NCBI GenBank assembly: GCA_963790805.1
Contig: CAWBPL010000001.1
Coordinates: forward strand, 1 to 32,025
DNA: 32,025 bases
Direction: 5' to 3'
Source: Candidatus Gottesmanbacteria bacterium
GTDB lineage: Bacteria > Patescibacteriota > Microgenomatia > UBA10105 > UBA927
A program made the translations under genes and the position numbers. The notes under the pieces were generated by a model. The model saw only the letters and a program-made list of their open reading frames with translations, ran no database searches and had not been told where the DNA came from. Shown here piece by piece: positions 9,107 to 20,222 of the stretch (within the stretch, counting starts at the first letter, position 1; each line of letters opens with the position of its first letter).

Positions 9107-10157
9107 AGTCGTATCTTTATATTTTAGGCCGTACCCCTGATCTTGCGTTTCTGGAATTGAAAACGTTTCTTCCCGATATAGCCCGTATTTCTCCAGACAT
9201 TGCACAGTCCCATACCCTAATGCCAATTGAAAAACTGGGAGGGACGGTAAAAATTGCAGAAGTGGTAGACGCGCCGCGCATCAAAGAAAAATCCACATTT
9301 GGTATCAGCGTATACGGGGGGCCGCAAATATCAATTCGGGAGCTGGACGAGATGAAAAAACAGTTCCATGCTGCCCGTTTTGTGGCAACCCGCGGCGAAC
9401 CCCTTACAAGCGTGGTAATTGCAAAAAATAAATTGCAGGAAATTATTATGGTAAAACACGACGGTGTATCTCTTTTTGCCGATACTATTGCAGTTCAAGA
9501 TTTTGAATCGTGGAACAGCAGAGATTTTGGCAGGCCGTATGCGGATCCCAAAGCCGGTATGCTCCCGCCAAAAGTTTCACGGATGGCGGTGAACATTGCA
9601 GATATCCGCCGCGATTTTGCCGTGCCGCTTGCGCAAAAAACACTTCTGGATCCGTTTTGCGGCATGGGGACGATACTTGCCGAAGGGCTTCTTATGGGCT
9701 GGAATGTGGTGGGAAGTGACCAAAGTGAAGAGGTTGTTGAAAAAGCCCGCGGCAATCTGCTCTGGTTTACGCAAAAACATGAACTGGGTGTGACGTCCCG
9801 AATACTCGTGTCCGATGCTGTCCATCTTTCAGAAAAAATAGATTCCGGCTCCGTCGACGCTATTGTAACGGAGCCGTTTATGGGCCCCACAACTGTGAAA
9901 GATCCGAAAAATACCATGAGGGGGCTGGAAAAATTATATATCGGGTGTCTTCGGGATTGGCACACGCGTACTCAAGCCTCGCGGTGTTATCATGATGGCT
10001 ATACCCGAATACACAGTGTCGCGGAAAAAAATATTTCGTGAAAAAAGTTATTGACAACTGTGAAAACCTTGGGTATACTATCCAAGTTGGACCCATAGAA
10101 TATGGCAGGCCGGCAGCAGTAGTAAAACGATTGTTTTATTTATTTCAAAAAATATAA
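9103..10157 (+). CDS. TRM11/RlmL-like class I SAM-dependent (RNA) methyltransferase (frameshift near 3' end)
   Basis: RDFGRP...GMLPPKVSRMAVN, LLDPFCGMGTI, GSD and IVTEPFMG. Start overlaps the rplU stop (ATGA). Confidence 0.8.
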
Positions 10158-10158
10158 T

Positions 10159-10415
10159 ATGGCACACGTAAAAGCAGGGGGCACAGCCGCAGGAAACAAA
10201 GATTCCGTCAGTAAACGGTTGGCGTAAAAGTCTACGGCGGTCAGATGGCAAAATCAGGAAGTATCATTATCCGGCAAAAAGGTACAAAAGTGCATCCGGG
10301 TCTGAATGTACGTCTTGGAAAAGACTTTACTATTTATTCAACAATATCCGGTATGGTGAAATTTTCACAGAAACTCGGAAAGAAAATAGTTTCGGTGCTG
10401 CCCGCAAACTCGTAA
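10159..10415 (+). CDS. rpmA: 50S ribosomal protein L27 (one frameshift; missing from the ORF track)
   Basis: MAHVKAGGTAAGNKDSVSKRL, then GVKVYGGQ...IIIRQKGTKVHPGLNVRLGKDFTIYS after the shift. Confidence 0.95.
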
Positions 10416-10420
10416 ACACA

Positions 10421-11242
10421 ATGGCCGACACACAACAGGTTTTGCATTTAGACATAGACATTATTCAGTCGAACCCTCTCCAGCCACGCGGTCTTATTGC
10501 CCCTGACAGTCTTGGCGATCTCGTTAATTCTATTAAAGAACATGGTGTTATTGAGCCTTTAGTAGTTGCCAAAACTCCCGCGGGGTATCAGCTGATTGCC
10601 GGTGAACGAAGGTGGCGTGCATCAAAACTTGCCGGACTTTCTACCGTTCCCGTGATTGTCCGTGAAACGACGGCCAAAGGGATGCTCGAAATGGCCATTG
10701 TGGAAAACGTGCAGCGCGAAGATCTTAATCCTATCGAGCGGGCGCAGGCATTCCAGCGGCTTATTGAGGAATTTGGACTTCCCACATCGGAAATAGCGAA
10801 GCGTGTGGGAAAAAGCGAATCCTATGTAAGTAATACAATGCGTCTTATGGCCCTTCCCGATGCAATTAAAGACGGCATCATCTCAGGGGCCATCACAGAA
10901 GGTCATGCACGGGCCATTGCGGGCCTTGGTGAAGTGAAGCTGATGGTAGAGGCCTACAAAACAATTCTTGCCGAATCTGCTTCCGTCCGGCGGGCAGAAG
11001 ATCTGGCGCGAAGATTGAAAGCGCAATCAAATATTAAAGTAGCTCATCGGGTGGAGCGCATTCACAGCGATGAACTGGACGCTATGGCAAAAGATCTGGC
11101 AACATCCGTAAACGGCCTTGTGAAAATTACCCAGTCGAAAGTGGAAGCGCGCCTCGTATTCGTTATCCGCGGAAATTTGGAAACTACCAGTAAAATTCTT
11201 AAAGTCATCCACGAGAAGATGGCGGATAAAAAATCCGCGTAA
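10421..11242 (+). CDS. parB: ParB/Spo0J chromosome partitioning protein
   Basis: NPLQPR, LIAGERRWRAS, ENVQREDLNPIE, an HTH region and GHARA. Confidence 0.95.
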   Translation: MADTQQVLHLDIDIIQSNPLQPRGLIAPDSLGDLVNSIKEHGVIEPLVVAKTPAGYQLIAGERRWRASKLAGLSTVPVIVRETTAKGMLEMAIVENVQREDLNPIERAQAFQRLIEEFGLPTSEIAKRVGKSESYVSNTMRLMALPDAIKDGIISGAITEGHARAIAGLGEVKLMVEAYKTILAESASVRRAEDLARRLKAQSNIKVAHRVERIHSDELDAMAKDLATSVNGLVKITQSKVEARLVFVIRGNLETTSKILKVIHEKMADKKSA

Positions 11243-11247
11243 GATTT

Positions 11248-11643
11248 TTATTTAGCTTCTTTCGATGGGTGGCTTTCAGATTCAACTTTAGAGAATCCCT
11301 CAATTGCGCTTTTAAGATTATTAGGATACGTTTCGGCAGAAATGTTTTTGAATGGGATATCTATTTCTAGTTCATGAATTATATTGAGAAATTCAGGAGT
11401 AAGTGAAAATTTTGTAGTCCCGTTTTCTAACATTTCAATTAATAATTGTCGGGCCCATTGTCGCTCTCTTAAATTGAAGTCGACGCTAATAGCTAAAGCT
11501 TTTTGAAATACGTTTATTTCTGTGTGAGTTCGTCGACTTGCATCCAATGGACCGTGATGTAATCCTTCGCTACATAGACTTTTGACTTGTGGTTCTTGTA
11601 ACCAGAATAGATCAAATTTTTGAGGAGTCGGTGTATCAGTCAT
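11248..11643 (-). CDS. Hypothetical protein (AT-rich, 131 aa)
   Basis: Uninterrupted ORF filling the gap between parB and lepB. TATTAT lies 6 nt before the ATG. Confidence 0.6.
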   Translation of the reverse strand: MTDTPTPQKFDLFWLQEPQVKSLCSEGLHHGPLDASRRTHTEINVFQKALAISVDFNLRERQWARQLLIEMLENGTTKFSLTPEFLNIIHELEIDIPFKNISAETYPNNLKSAIEGFSKVESESHPSKEAK

Positions 11644-11679
11644 GGCATAATAATACCCTATAACAAGAATAAAATCAAA

Positions 11680-12246
11680 CTATTTAATCGTGTACGTCGG
11701 GTGGGGGATGGGGCCGAGTTCATTGATTGGCCAGTAGCGGAATACAGCCGTACCGATAAAGGCAGCTTCCTGAACCGGTCCGAATTCGCGTGAATCAGAA
11801 CTGTGAGCGCGGTTATCTCCCATCATAAAGTATGAATCCTGCGGAACAACGATTGATTGCCCTTCGGCAAGATATGTCCCGCCAAAAATCGGGGTATTGG
11901 GTGCAAGGTACGGCTCGTTCACTTTCTGGCCATTTACGTACATGGCGTTATCCTGCACACTCACGGTGTCTCCCGGCAGTCCGATAATGCGTTTAATATA
12001 ATCGATGTTCGGATCAGGTGGAGATTTGAAAATAACCACATCACCCCGTGCGGGCACGCGGAATTTATACATAATTTTATTGGTAAGAATAAATTCGCCG
12101 TTGTGAAAGTTTGGTTCCATGGATTCGCCGTTTATCTCCTGCGGGGACATGATGAACAGGTAGACCATGACAAGGAGCGCAAGCACAACAACAATACCCT
12201 GTAAAAAATCAAAAAACGCGGCTACCGCCCGCTTAATTCCACCCAT
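11680..12246 (-). CDS. lepB: Signal peptidase I
   Basis: N-terminal TM helix, GESMEPN (Ser), YIKRIIGLPGD (Lys) and GDNRAHSSDSREFG. Confidence 0.96.
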   Translation of the reverse strand: MGGIKRAVAAFFDFLQGIVVVLALLVMVYLFIMSPQEINGESMEPNFHNGEFILTNKIMYKFRVPARGDVVIFKSPPDPNIDYIKRIIGLPGDTVSVQDNAMYVNGQKVNEPYLAPNTPIFGGTYLAEGQSIVVPQDSYFMMGDNRAHSSDSREFGPVQEAAFIGTAVFRYWPINELGPIPHPTYTIK

Positions 12247-12286
12247 ATATCCAGTCTACGTGATATAATAAAGATCGTCAATACGG

Positions 12287-12359
12287 GGGCGGTTCTCGCC
12301 GTGTAGCTTCGCACACAGGCGAGCCCGACAGTCGTGCAGAGCTCGACGTCGGGAGCTCA
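12287..12359 (+). repeat. Duplicated tRNA-Val 5' end (GGGCGGTT|AGCTCA) split by two tandem GC-rich hairpins
   Basis: GGGCGGTT at 12287-12294, hairpin CTCGCC..GGCGAG at 12295-12323, hairpin CCCGAC..GTCGGG at 12324-12353, then AGCTCA at 12354-12359. The rejoined 14-mer equals 12609-12622. Confidence 0.8.
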
Positions 12360-12369
12360 TGGCGTCAAA

Positions 12370-12618
12370 ATGTTTTATTATACGTACGTGTTAAAAAGTA
12401 TTAAGGACGGACGTTTGTATATTGGCTCGTCGTCAAATTTAAAACAAAGATTTAAACAACATAATTCTGGTGATGTGGAAGCAACTAAAAATCGAAGGCC
12501 ATTGGAATTAATATATTATGAAGCATGTTTAACAAAGGAATTGGCTTTCAAAAGAGAGTTGTATTTTAAAACTGGTTTTGGAAGAGCATTTTTAAAAACA
12601 AGAATTTCGGGCGGTTAG
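12370..12618 (+). CDS. Stand-alone GIY-YIG nuclease (SLX1/UPF0213-like, 82 aa)
   Basis: YTYVLKS...LYIGSSSNLKQRFKQHNSG...TKNRRPLELIYYEA...AFKRELYFK. The stop codon lies inside the tRNA-Val 5' end. Confidence 0.92.
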   Translation: MFYYTYVLKSIKDGRLYIGSSSNLKQRFKQHNSGDVEATKNRRPLELIYYEACLTKELAFKRELYFKTGFGRAFLKTRISGG

Positions 12619-12681
12619 CTCAGCTGGTAGAGCGTTTCATTGACATTGAAAAGGTCATAGGTCCAAATCCTATACCGCCCA
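12609..12681 (+). tRNA. tRNA-Val(GAC)
   Basis: Acceptor GGGCGGT/ACCGCCC, anticodon arm TTTCA-TTGACAT-TGAAA, T arm ATAGG-TCCAAAT-CCTAT. CCA is not encoded. Confidence 0.93.
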
Positions 12682-12684
12682 CAA

Positions 12685-15112
12685 TTATTCGAGGATATCT
12701 TCTTTCGGGTGCTTTGTATCAAAGCGGATGAATTTGATTTTCGGAAATTTATCCTTCAGCGTATATTCTTTATAGAAAAATTTTCCGTCAGCAAATTCCT
12801 GAGAAATGATAATGGTTGTCTCCTTCGCTTTAGGAAAAATTACAAGTGTATATCGTTCCGATTCCGGATTGGTAAGCGAGATAAGCCCGTCAGTGGGTTT
12901 AATAATTTTTCCATGTTCGCCGATCAAGCCAAAAATCCGCGGGGTCCGCGATGACATAAAGCGAGGAGGAAACAGCCGGCGCAGGTTGATTTACAGGTTT
13001 ATTTTGTGCGGTAAGCATGGCTGCACCGGCAAGTTGTGGTCCTCCGGAGAGAAAATTGATAATCTGATTTATACCGGGTGTTGTTGAAACAATATCCGTA
13101 TGTGTACCGGTAATGGTCCGGTTGTCGGCGCCGGAAATTTGTGCGCTCGACAGGAGTACAGTGCCGTCGCCCGCGGTTGTGGTGAGTGTTGTTGCCGGTT
13201 TACCGTCCAGCCAGTTGCCTGCCGCGGTGTCAGCTGCAGATGGATTGGTAGTTTTGTAGCCAAGCGTGGTCGTTTGCCCGGTTCCGCCAAGTGTTCCGAG
13301 GACCGTGCCGAAGAATGGTGAAGCGAAGGTGGTAGGAAACCAATTATTTTGTGCGTGCATGGCAGTGACCGGTTTTACGTTGTTCGTTGCGGTATCAGTA
13401 AGATAATTAAATGTCGGAAGTAAATTTTGAATTCCGGGAAAATATTGTTGTATTGCCAGACGGTCATTTTTTGTTTTCAACGCGCAGCGTTTTTCCAGTA
13501 ACGTGAGCAAAAATTTTGAAATAACATTTTCATCCTGAATTTGTCCATCCGACCAGACAGGATAGGTTTCAGCTGCCCCCTGATGAGGCGAGCCGACGGA
13601 CATAAATTTTTCGACGCTGCTATTTGATTTTTGTTGTTCCAAATAGGCGCGGGCCACAAGTCCGCCCATGCTGTGGCCTACAATATCGACTTTGCCCGAC
13701 GGTGAAATATTGTTTATTAAATTTTTGAGTTCGTTTGCATGGCTTGGCACGGTCATTCTCCAATCGTACGGGAATACGCTTACCTGCCATCCGCTTGCTG
13801 TAAGCGTTTGAATAAGCGGGTTGTAGATAGCCTGTGCCGGGCCGATAAGAGACCACGTGCCTGTATAATTTGTCGCTTTACAATTCATCATTGCATCCAG
13901 ATTCCAGCTTGCCGTCATGCCGGGGATAATGATAACTTTGCGACTTGGCGCGGGCAGCGGGGTTGGTGTAGGCGTGGGTGTCGGAGTTGCAGTAGGAGTT
14001 GGAGTTGGAGTGGGAGTAGGCGTTGGAGTAGATGTCGGTGTAGGGGTCGGCGCCTGCGTGGGCGTGGGAGTAAGCGCTGATGTAGGAATCTGGTCAGGAT
14101 CTGGCGTGGGCAGAAGGGATGCTGAGGTGGTAGCATACGCAATTTGCCAGATCCCCGTATTTCCACTTACCGAATATGCGGAGTACCACATTTTCAGTTG
14201 GTCTCCGTCTACAAGCACGTATGGTGAAGCGATATTCCTATTTTCCCACGATTGGTCCCGTACGAGCACGGGGTTCATGTCGGCAGGTTTTACCCAGACG
14301 ATGCCGTCTTTGGAGTATGCGTACAAAATTGTATCCGACATGTCGGTAGCGCCGGTACCATAAAACATGTGGTATACGCCGTCTTTATAAAATACATCGG
14401 GATATTCGAGATTTTGCTCTTCCCACGACGCCGTTTTTGTAATGACCGGTTGCCCCAAATTTTCTTTATTCCAATGGATACCGTCTGTAGATGTTGCATA
14501 CCCGATTTGCCACGAGTTCCATTGGTTTGCTGCATTTTGCGCCGTATACCACATTCGGTATAGTCCATCCTGATACACAAGGGATCTACCTCGCGCTGTG
14601 CCTCCGCTATCCCATGCCCCGGTTGGGCCGCCCATAAGTACAGGATCAGGATATTTGGTCGAAGAAATCCCATCTGATGAAGTTGCATAACGAGTGGTGA
14701 ATTGGTTTGGTCCTGAGTCTATTGACGTATACCAAGCCTGGTATAAATTTAAATAATGAGTAATGGAAGGATCGGAAGTCTCGTTTTCAAGTCCATCATT
14801 AGTTCCAGAAGGAATTACAGGCTGATAATTTCGATTCCAATTTGATATTCCATCTAATGAATTAGTGTATCCTATGGTCCAATGACCATTGTTGCCGTCA
14901 TACCACATTTTATAGAAATTGTTTTCTTTAATAACATTTGGGTCCTTAACTTGGAGTGAGTCCCAACCATTGGGATTAGGAGAAAAAATAGGTTGAGTGT
15001 TTTTTATAAAATTATAGCTTGCGAAAACTAAAGTCGGATTCAAAAGAATTGAATAAGTTGCAACTAATACTAAGCAAATATTAAGCACTCTTATAGTATA
15101 TTTATTATTCAT
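12685..15112 (-). CDS. Secreted multidomain protein: GH32/43/130-like five-bladed beta-propeller, (PT)n linker, alpha/beta hydrolase, and a C-terminal domain (frameshift near 12925)
   Basis: Signal peptide from Met at 15112. Repeated blades (YKMWY..IGY.SLDG, YATSSDG, YATSTDGIHW, YAYSKDGIVW). Lipase motifs IPG, PYDWR, GHSMGG, GSPHQG and GDGTV. The 12685-12957 ORF continues the sequence after ADFWL. Confidence 0.8.
13950..14112 (-). repeat. Pro-Thr tandem repeat linker
   Basis: Degenerate 6-nt repeats encoding PTPDPDQIPTSALTPTPTQAPTPTPTSTPTPTPTPTPTPTATPTPTPTPTPLPAP. Confidence 0.9.
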
Positions 15113-15223
15113 AGTACAATTAAATCTTAGCAATAACTCAGAATATGATATTTTTTTGGAAAAATATATAATGTAGATTACAAATCGAGAGATTGCTACT
15201 ATTTGATACTGAAATATAAACTT

Positions 15224-15889
15224 ATGAGTAACCCAAATGTGAGTTATCTTAGTCCTAACAAAATAATTAAAGATTTTCAATGGGATAGTTTGGTTTCAGC
15301 GTCAAAGTATGCGCATGGCAAGCTTCTGGATGTTGGATGCGGTAAAGAGCCATACAAATCAATTTTCTTGCCAAGAGTAAGCCAATATTTGGGAATTGAT
15401 AAATATGGTAACGTTGCAGATTATAAAATGGATTTTTTGGATGCCCCGATTCAGAAGAACTCATATGACACTATTCTATGTACTCAAGTTTTAGAACACA
15501 CGCCAAACCCACAGCGTTTTTTAAACAAAATATTTCGAATACTTAAGTCGAATGGGATTTTGATATTGACTGTGCCATTTACCGGCTCTCTTCATGAAGA
15601 GCCAAACGATTATTTTAGATATACTAGGTACGGACTTGAATATCTTCTTAAATTGGCAGGTTTTAAGATTCTCTCAATTAGACAGGAAGGAAATTGGATT
15701 TCCGCGATCGCGCAGGATCAGATATTCTATTTAGAATCCACGTCTAATAGATATTTTTTTAAATATCCAAAACGACTTTTGCAACTCGGCATTCAAATGT
15801 TTGCTCGTTTAGCTTCTTTAATGCCAAATAGGATTACAAAGCCAGAAAAAAGCTTAATTAACTATGTCATAATTGCAAAAAAAAGGTAA
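15224..15889 (+). CDS. Class I SAM-dependent methyltransferase (Methyltransf_11-like), glycan cluster
   Basis: LLDVGCGKEPY, YDTILCTQVLEH and HEEPNDYFRYT. Confidence 0.9.
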   Translation: MSNPNVSYLSPNKIIKDFQWDSLVSASKYAHGKLLDVGCGKEPYKSIFLPRVSQYLGIDKYGNVADYKMDFLDAPIQKNSYDTILCTQVLEHTPNPQRFLNKIFRILKSNGILILTVPFTGSLHEEPNDYFRYTRYGLEYLLKLAGFKILSIRQEGNWISAIAQDQIFYLESTSNRYFFKYPKRLLQLGIQMFARLASLMPNRITKPEKSLINYVIIAKKR

Positions 15890-15891
15890 AT

Positions 15892-16930
15892 ATGCGCCTA
15901 TTAATGATCAGATCAACGAAGGGATTTTCCGGTGCGGAGAGGTATAATGTCAATTTGTTCAGGGAATTGAAAAAGGACAGGAATTTTGAGGTTTCGTTTG
16001 TTACCAATTTGCCGGAATTGGCGAAGAGACTCAATGCAACGTGCTACCCTTGGCTGCCGGTGGAAGTCGGGACGAAGAAACAATTGCTTTACGTTTTGTT
16101 TAGTGCCCCGGTTTTTATTTCTCGGTATATTTCCACAATAAAACGATTAGAAAGCGGGAAACGGTTCGATGCGGTAGTTCTGGAATCGCGAACCGAAATG
16201 ATTTTCTTTACGCCGATACTCAAATTACTAAGATACAAAGTCGTCTGGATTCAACACGGGCCGCTCTTCCGGTCGCAGGCATCGCGATTTGTGTTGCAAT
16301 TTTATTTGCTTGCAAGCAAATTTGTCTGAAAAATTATAGCGGTATCTGCCGATACGAAAAAAGATTTAGTCGCAGGCGGAGTAGAGGAAGAAAAAGTTGA
16401 GGTACTGTATATAGGCGTACCGTTGCCGAAGAATCGGCAAAAAGCGCACCCGTTTACCGTAGGATTTTTTGGGAACTATAACCCGCGAAAAAGGAATTGA
16501 AGATTTTATGATGGCCACAAAAGGATTTCAAACGCTTGTTATCGGCGACGGGCCGGATAGAAAGCTTGTCCGTGGGGGCGTTACCGGATTTGTGCAAAAC
16601 GTAGGTGTATACCTGCAAAAAATTGATATTTTACTTTTTCCAACGCATCACCATGAGGGGATTTCTATGGCAATACTGGAAGCAATGAGTTGTGGAATAC
16701 CGGTGCTGGCGACGGATATTGGCGGGAATCGGGAAATTATTACGAGCGGGTATAATGGGTATTTGTATAAGCAGGGAGACGCAATTGTGATGGCGCGCGA
16801 TATCCGGGAACTCAAGGAAAATCAAATAAAGCTGCGCTTCATGGGGAAGCACGCCAGAGAGGTGATTTCAAAAAAATTTGATATAAAAAAGCAGGCAATG
16901 GCATTTGCGGATTTTTTCATGAATATATGA
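15892..16930 (+). CDS. GT4 family glycosyltransferase (in-frame TGA at 16327-16329 and a frameshift near 16470)
   Basis: SGAERY, KIIAVS, EKG and EGISMAILEAMSCGIPVLATDIGGNREII. Confidence 0.85.
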
Positions 16931-17689
16931 AGCCAAGTGTTTCCATAGTAATCCCTACATACCACCGGAAAGAAAGTCTACTCCGGCTCCTGAAATCGTT
17001 GAAAGGAACTCCGGCGGAAATAATCGTCGTTGAACAGGGAGATGATAACGGAAAAATATTTAAAAAATTAGTTGATAGGTATATCTATCTAAATAAACCA
17101 AGTACCCCGCACGCGATGAATGTGGGCGTCACCAAAGCAAAAGGAGACCTTATTTTATTTCTAGACGACGACGTGACAGTAACCAAAGATTTTTTGAATA
17201 CCATGTTGCGGCTTTTGCCGATACAAGCGTTGCGGCGACGGTGGGGGAAATATTACGGTGGGGCAGGCGGTAGAACCCAAAAGAACGGATATCGGCCAAA
17301 TAAACTGGCTCGGGCAGTTTTCCGATGGATTTTCATCGACAATCCCTCAGGAAGTGGATACAGTAATCGGCGCCAATACCTGCTGGCGGAAAAGTATATT
17401 TTTAAAGCTTGGCGGGTTTGATGAACGCTTCCGCGGAAATGCGCTGCGGTTTGAATCGGATATGTCGCTTCGGGCAAAAAAAGCAGGATTCAAAATCATC
17501 TTTGAGCCAAAAGCATTGGTATATCACCACCGAGAGCCTACCGGAGGTACGCGGAAAACGGAGGGCAGAATTGCATGGTACCGCGATTATTTTTATAATG
17601 AGACACTGTTTTTTTCTAAACACAGGAATAAACTCCTTCTACCGCTTTTTTGGCTCACTAAAATGTGGTGGGTAGTTACAAACCTATGA
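16927..17689 (+). CDS. GT2 family glycosyltransferase (frameshifted)
   Basis: SIVIPTYHR, ILFLDDD and GGFDERF...ESDMSLR. Confidence 0.88.
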
Positions 17690-18706
17690 TTATTGGAGTA
17701 GATGCCGGCGCATTATCAGTAACAGACGAGCGTTTGCGCGTCGGCGTATGGCGCGTGACATACAATCTTCTTCTAGAACTTGCCAAAATTGACAAAATAC
17801 ATGAATACCGGCTCTACAGTTTTTTACCACTGAAAGAACGCTTTGGTGCGAATTTCCGCAATGTTGTTGTCCGGCCGAGTTTCGGCTGGTCGCGGATTTC
17901 ACTCTCCAATTGAGCTCCGGTTGCATCCCGTTAACGTATTTTTAGGGTTGTCCCAGATGCTTCCTTTCTGTAACGCAATAAAAATAGGATTTGTCTATGA
18001 CTTGGGATTTTTACATTTTCCGGATGCATATCCTAGGTCAGTCGCAATAATAAATCGCCGTACCCGCGAGCTCGTTCACTCCGCGGACCGTATTGTAGTA
18101 ATTTCAGAGTCAACAAAAAACGATATCATGCAGGTCTACCACGCGAAAGAACAAAAGATAGATGTTGTGTATCCCAGTATTGACGCGCGGTTTACCCCGA
18201 ACGGTCCGGTTCATAAAGAACAACATCCGTATATTTTATCGGTGGGTTCTTTGAAGCGCGGAAAAGATATTCCGTTTGCGCTTCGTGTGTTTAAACAATT
18301 TCTGGAATCGTCACAAAAACAATATACGTATCTTCTTGTCGGCGGAAATTATTGGGAGGACCCGACAATCGCCAAAACAATTGCAAAAGAGGATTTAGCG
18401 GATAGCGTAAAAATTACCGGATTCGTTTCGGATGATGAACTTCCTAAATATTATCGTGGTGCCTACGCACTTCTCATAACATCTCTTTGGGAAGGATTTT
18501 GTCTGCCGGCGGTAGAAGCGATTTCGTGCGGCTGTCCCGTCGTTTATAGAAACGCGGGATCACTGCCGGAAATTATCGGAAAACATGGGAGAGCATTTGA
18601 TACGGAAACTCAGGCAGTATCTGCATTATTGTACCCAAAAAAATCAATTTTGCAAAGTCCATATCACTGGTCCGATTTTGCTAAAAAAATATATGCGTTA
18701 TTTTAA
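17686..18706 (+). CDS. GT4 family glycosyltransferase, mannosyltransferase-like (frameshifted)
   Basis: MIIGVDA, ISESTKNDI and SLWEGFCLPAVEAISCGCPV. Confidence 0.88.
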
Positions 18707-20222
18707 ATATCTTCTTATCATCACGGGAATTTCTCTATGGTTTTGGGGGATCAATTATCCGTTTGCCGGCATGGATAACGCAAACAATAATTACCTTATG
18801 CTCGCGGCGCGGAACTTTGTCCGTTTCGGATTTTTGCGCCTGAGGTTTAACCCGACGTATTTTGCCGGCCATATCTTACCGGCACCTATCCCGTTTTATC
18901 TCCACCATCCTGTGCTTATTTTTTCGTTATCAGCTCTGCCGCTTATCATGTTCGAGTTCCATAATTGGGGGGTGCATGGGGCGAATTTGCTTTTTCTATT
19001 TGGCGATATCGTTATGATTTATGCCATTGGTTCGCTCGTATGGAACAATAAAGTCGGGCTGTGGGCGGCCGGTCTTGCGGCCATATTTCCCATGACCACA
19101 TTTTTCTGGAAATACATATTTTTTGAACAGGGGAGCATGTTTTTCAATTTGCTAATTTTTTATTTTGTATATAAATATTCGAAACGTTCAAAAAACATTG
19201 TATCTCCGGTATATTTTTCTCTTTAGTCTTCTGTCCGGTTTCATCGATTGGGGAGTGTTATATCTCTTTGTGCCCCTTGTGGTGTTTACCCTGTGGACGA
19301 AAAAAACGGATGGTGCGGCCCCTTGCCGCATATATTTTTGGCGCGGGATTGAGTCTCGTCTATTTCGCGATAAGCGTCTATCTGTTTAAAGGGGGATTCT
19401 CGGAACTGACACAGGCGATCAGTGTGCACGGGTTTACTCTACAACTCTGTATGGTCTTTCGTTGTGGCCCTTCAGGTTATCGGTTATCACCGTGTTGCGG
19501 ATTATCGTGTATTTTTCTCCTCTATCGCTTTTGTGGTTTCGGGGTGTCCGGCATTCCCGGACGCTGTTGTTCTTTTTTATCTTCGGCGGCTTGAATATTC
19601 TGGTGCTACCTACCGTCACATGGGAGGATAGTTAAGTTTTATTTTATTTTATTCCGTTTTTAGCATTCGGGGGTGCATTGTGGTTTACCCGCATGCAGCG
19701 GAAGAAATTTATTGTGCTAGCCGCGGTTCTGTTTATTATATTCTGGAGTATCATAGTGAATTATTTCAAAATGCAGCAGGTGCAAAAGCAGCTATGGAAA
19801 TATAATGCGGCGGCGGCTATTGCGAAACAATCTCCGCGTATGAGACTCTCGGGGTAGTCAATTTCCCTGGTGACGTGTTTGAAAATTACTTTTTCCACCC
19901 CACACAGCCGATGCAGCCTGCGGATATTTCAATATGGCTGCAGGGAAAAGAATATACAACGATAAAACAAGCTGTGTTTGCCTGTAATTATATCTGTTCG
20001 CCCGCTGAATATGCGTTTGTAGAGCATATCCGGACGGAAACTGATGTGCGGGCCTTTTCAGCCGGAACTAATACCGCGTGGCTTATTACCAAAGCGGATA
20101 ATGCAGTTACGTTGGGCGTAAGCACGCAAAGCAGGGCAACACCCGCCAAACCGCTGAAAGAAAGTGTTATTGTAAGAATATACCGGTTCATGCGGGACGT
20201 GTTGAACGCCGGAAGAATATGA
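18693..20222 (+). CDS. Polytopic GT-C (ArnT/PMT-like) glycosyltransferase (several frameshifts)
   Basis: N-terminal TM, YLHHP motif and many hydrophobic segments across frames. Start and stop overlap the neighbouring genes. Confidence 0.65.

Noticed and set aside
12285-12360. CRISPR array or a tRNA gene containing an intron
   Set aside because: There are no regularly spaced direct repeats, only 14 nt of tRNA sequence is present upstream, and the complete tRNA is intact downstream.
13917-14363. Gly-Val repeat ORF on the plus strand (and the similar ORF 8086-8487)
   Set aside because: These are antisense shadows of Pro-Thr linkers in the real minus-strand genes.
12899-15280. 793-aa ORF start at 15280 and overlap with the methyltransferase gene
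   Set aside because: The signal peptide begins at Met 15112. The upstream extension is AT-rich intergenic or antisense sequence.
16327-16329. In-frame TGA in a GT4 gene as evidence of UGA recoding (genetic code 25) or selenocysteine
   Set aside because: It is a single case. TGA serves as a normal stop elsewhere (rplU, several ATGA overlaps) and Gly uses GGN throughout, so a read error or isolated nonsense change is more likely.
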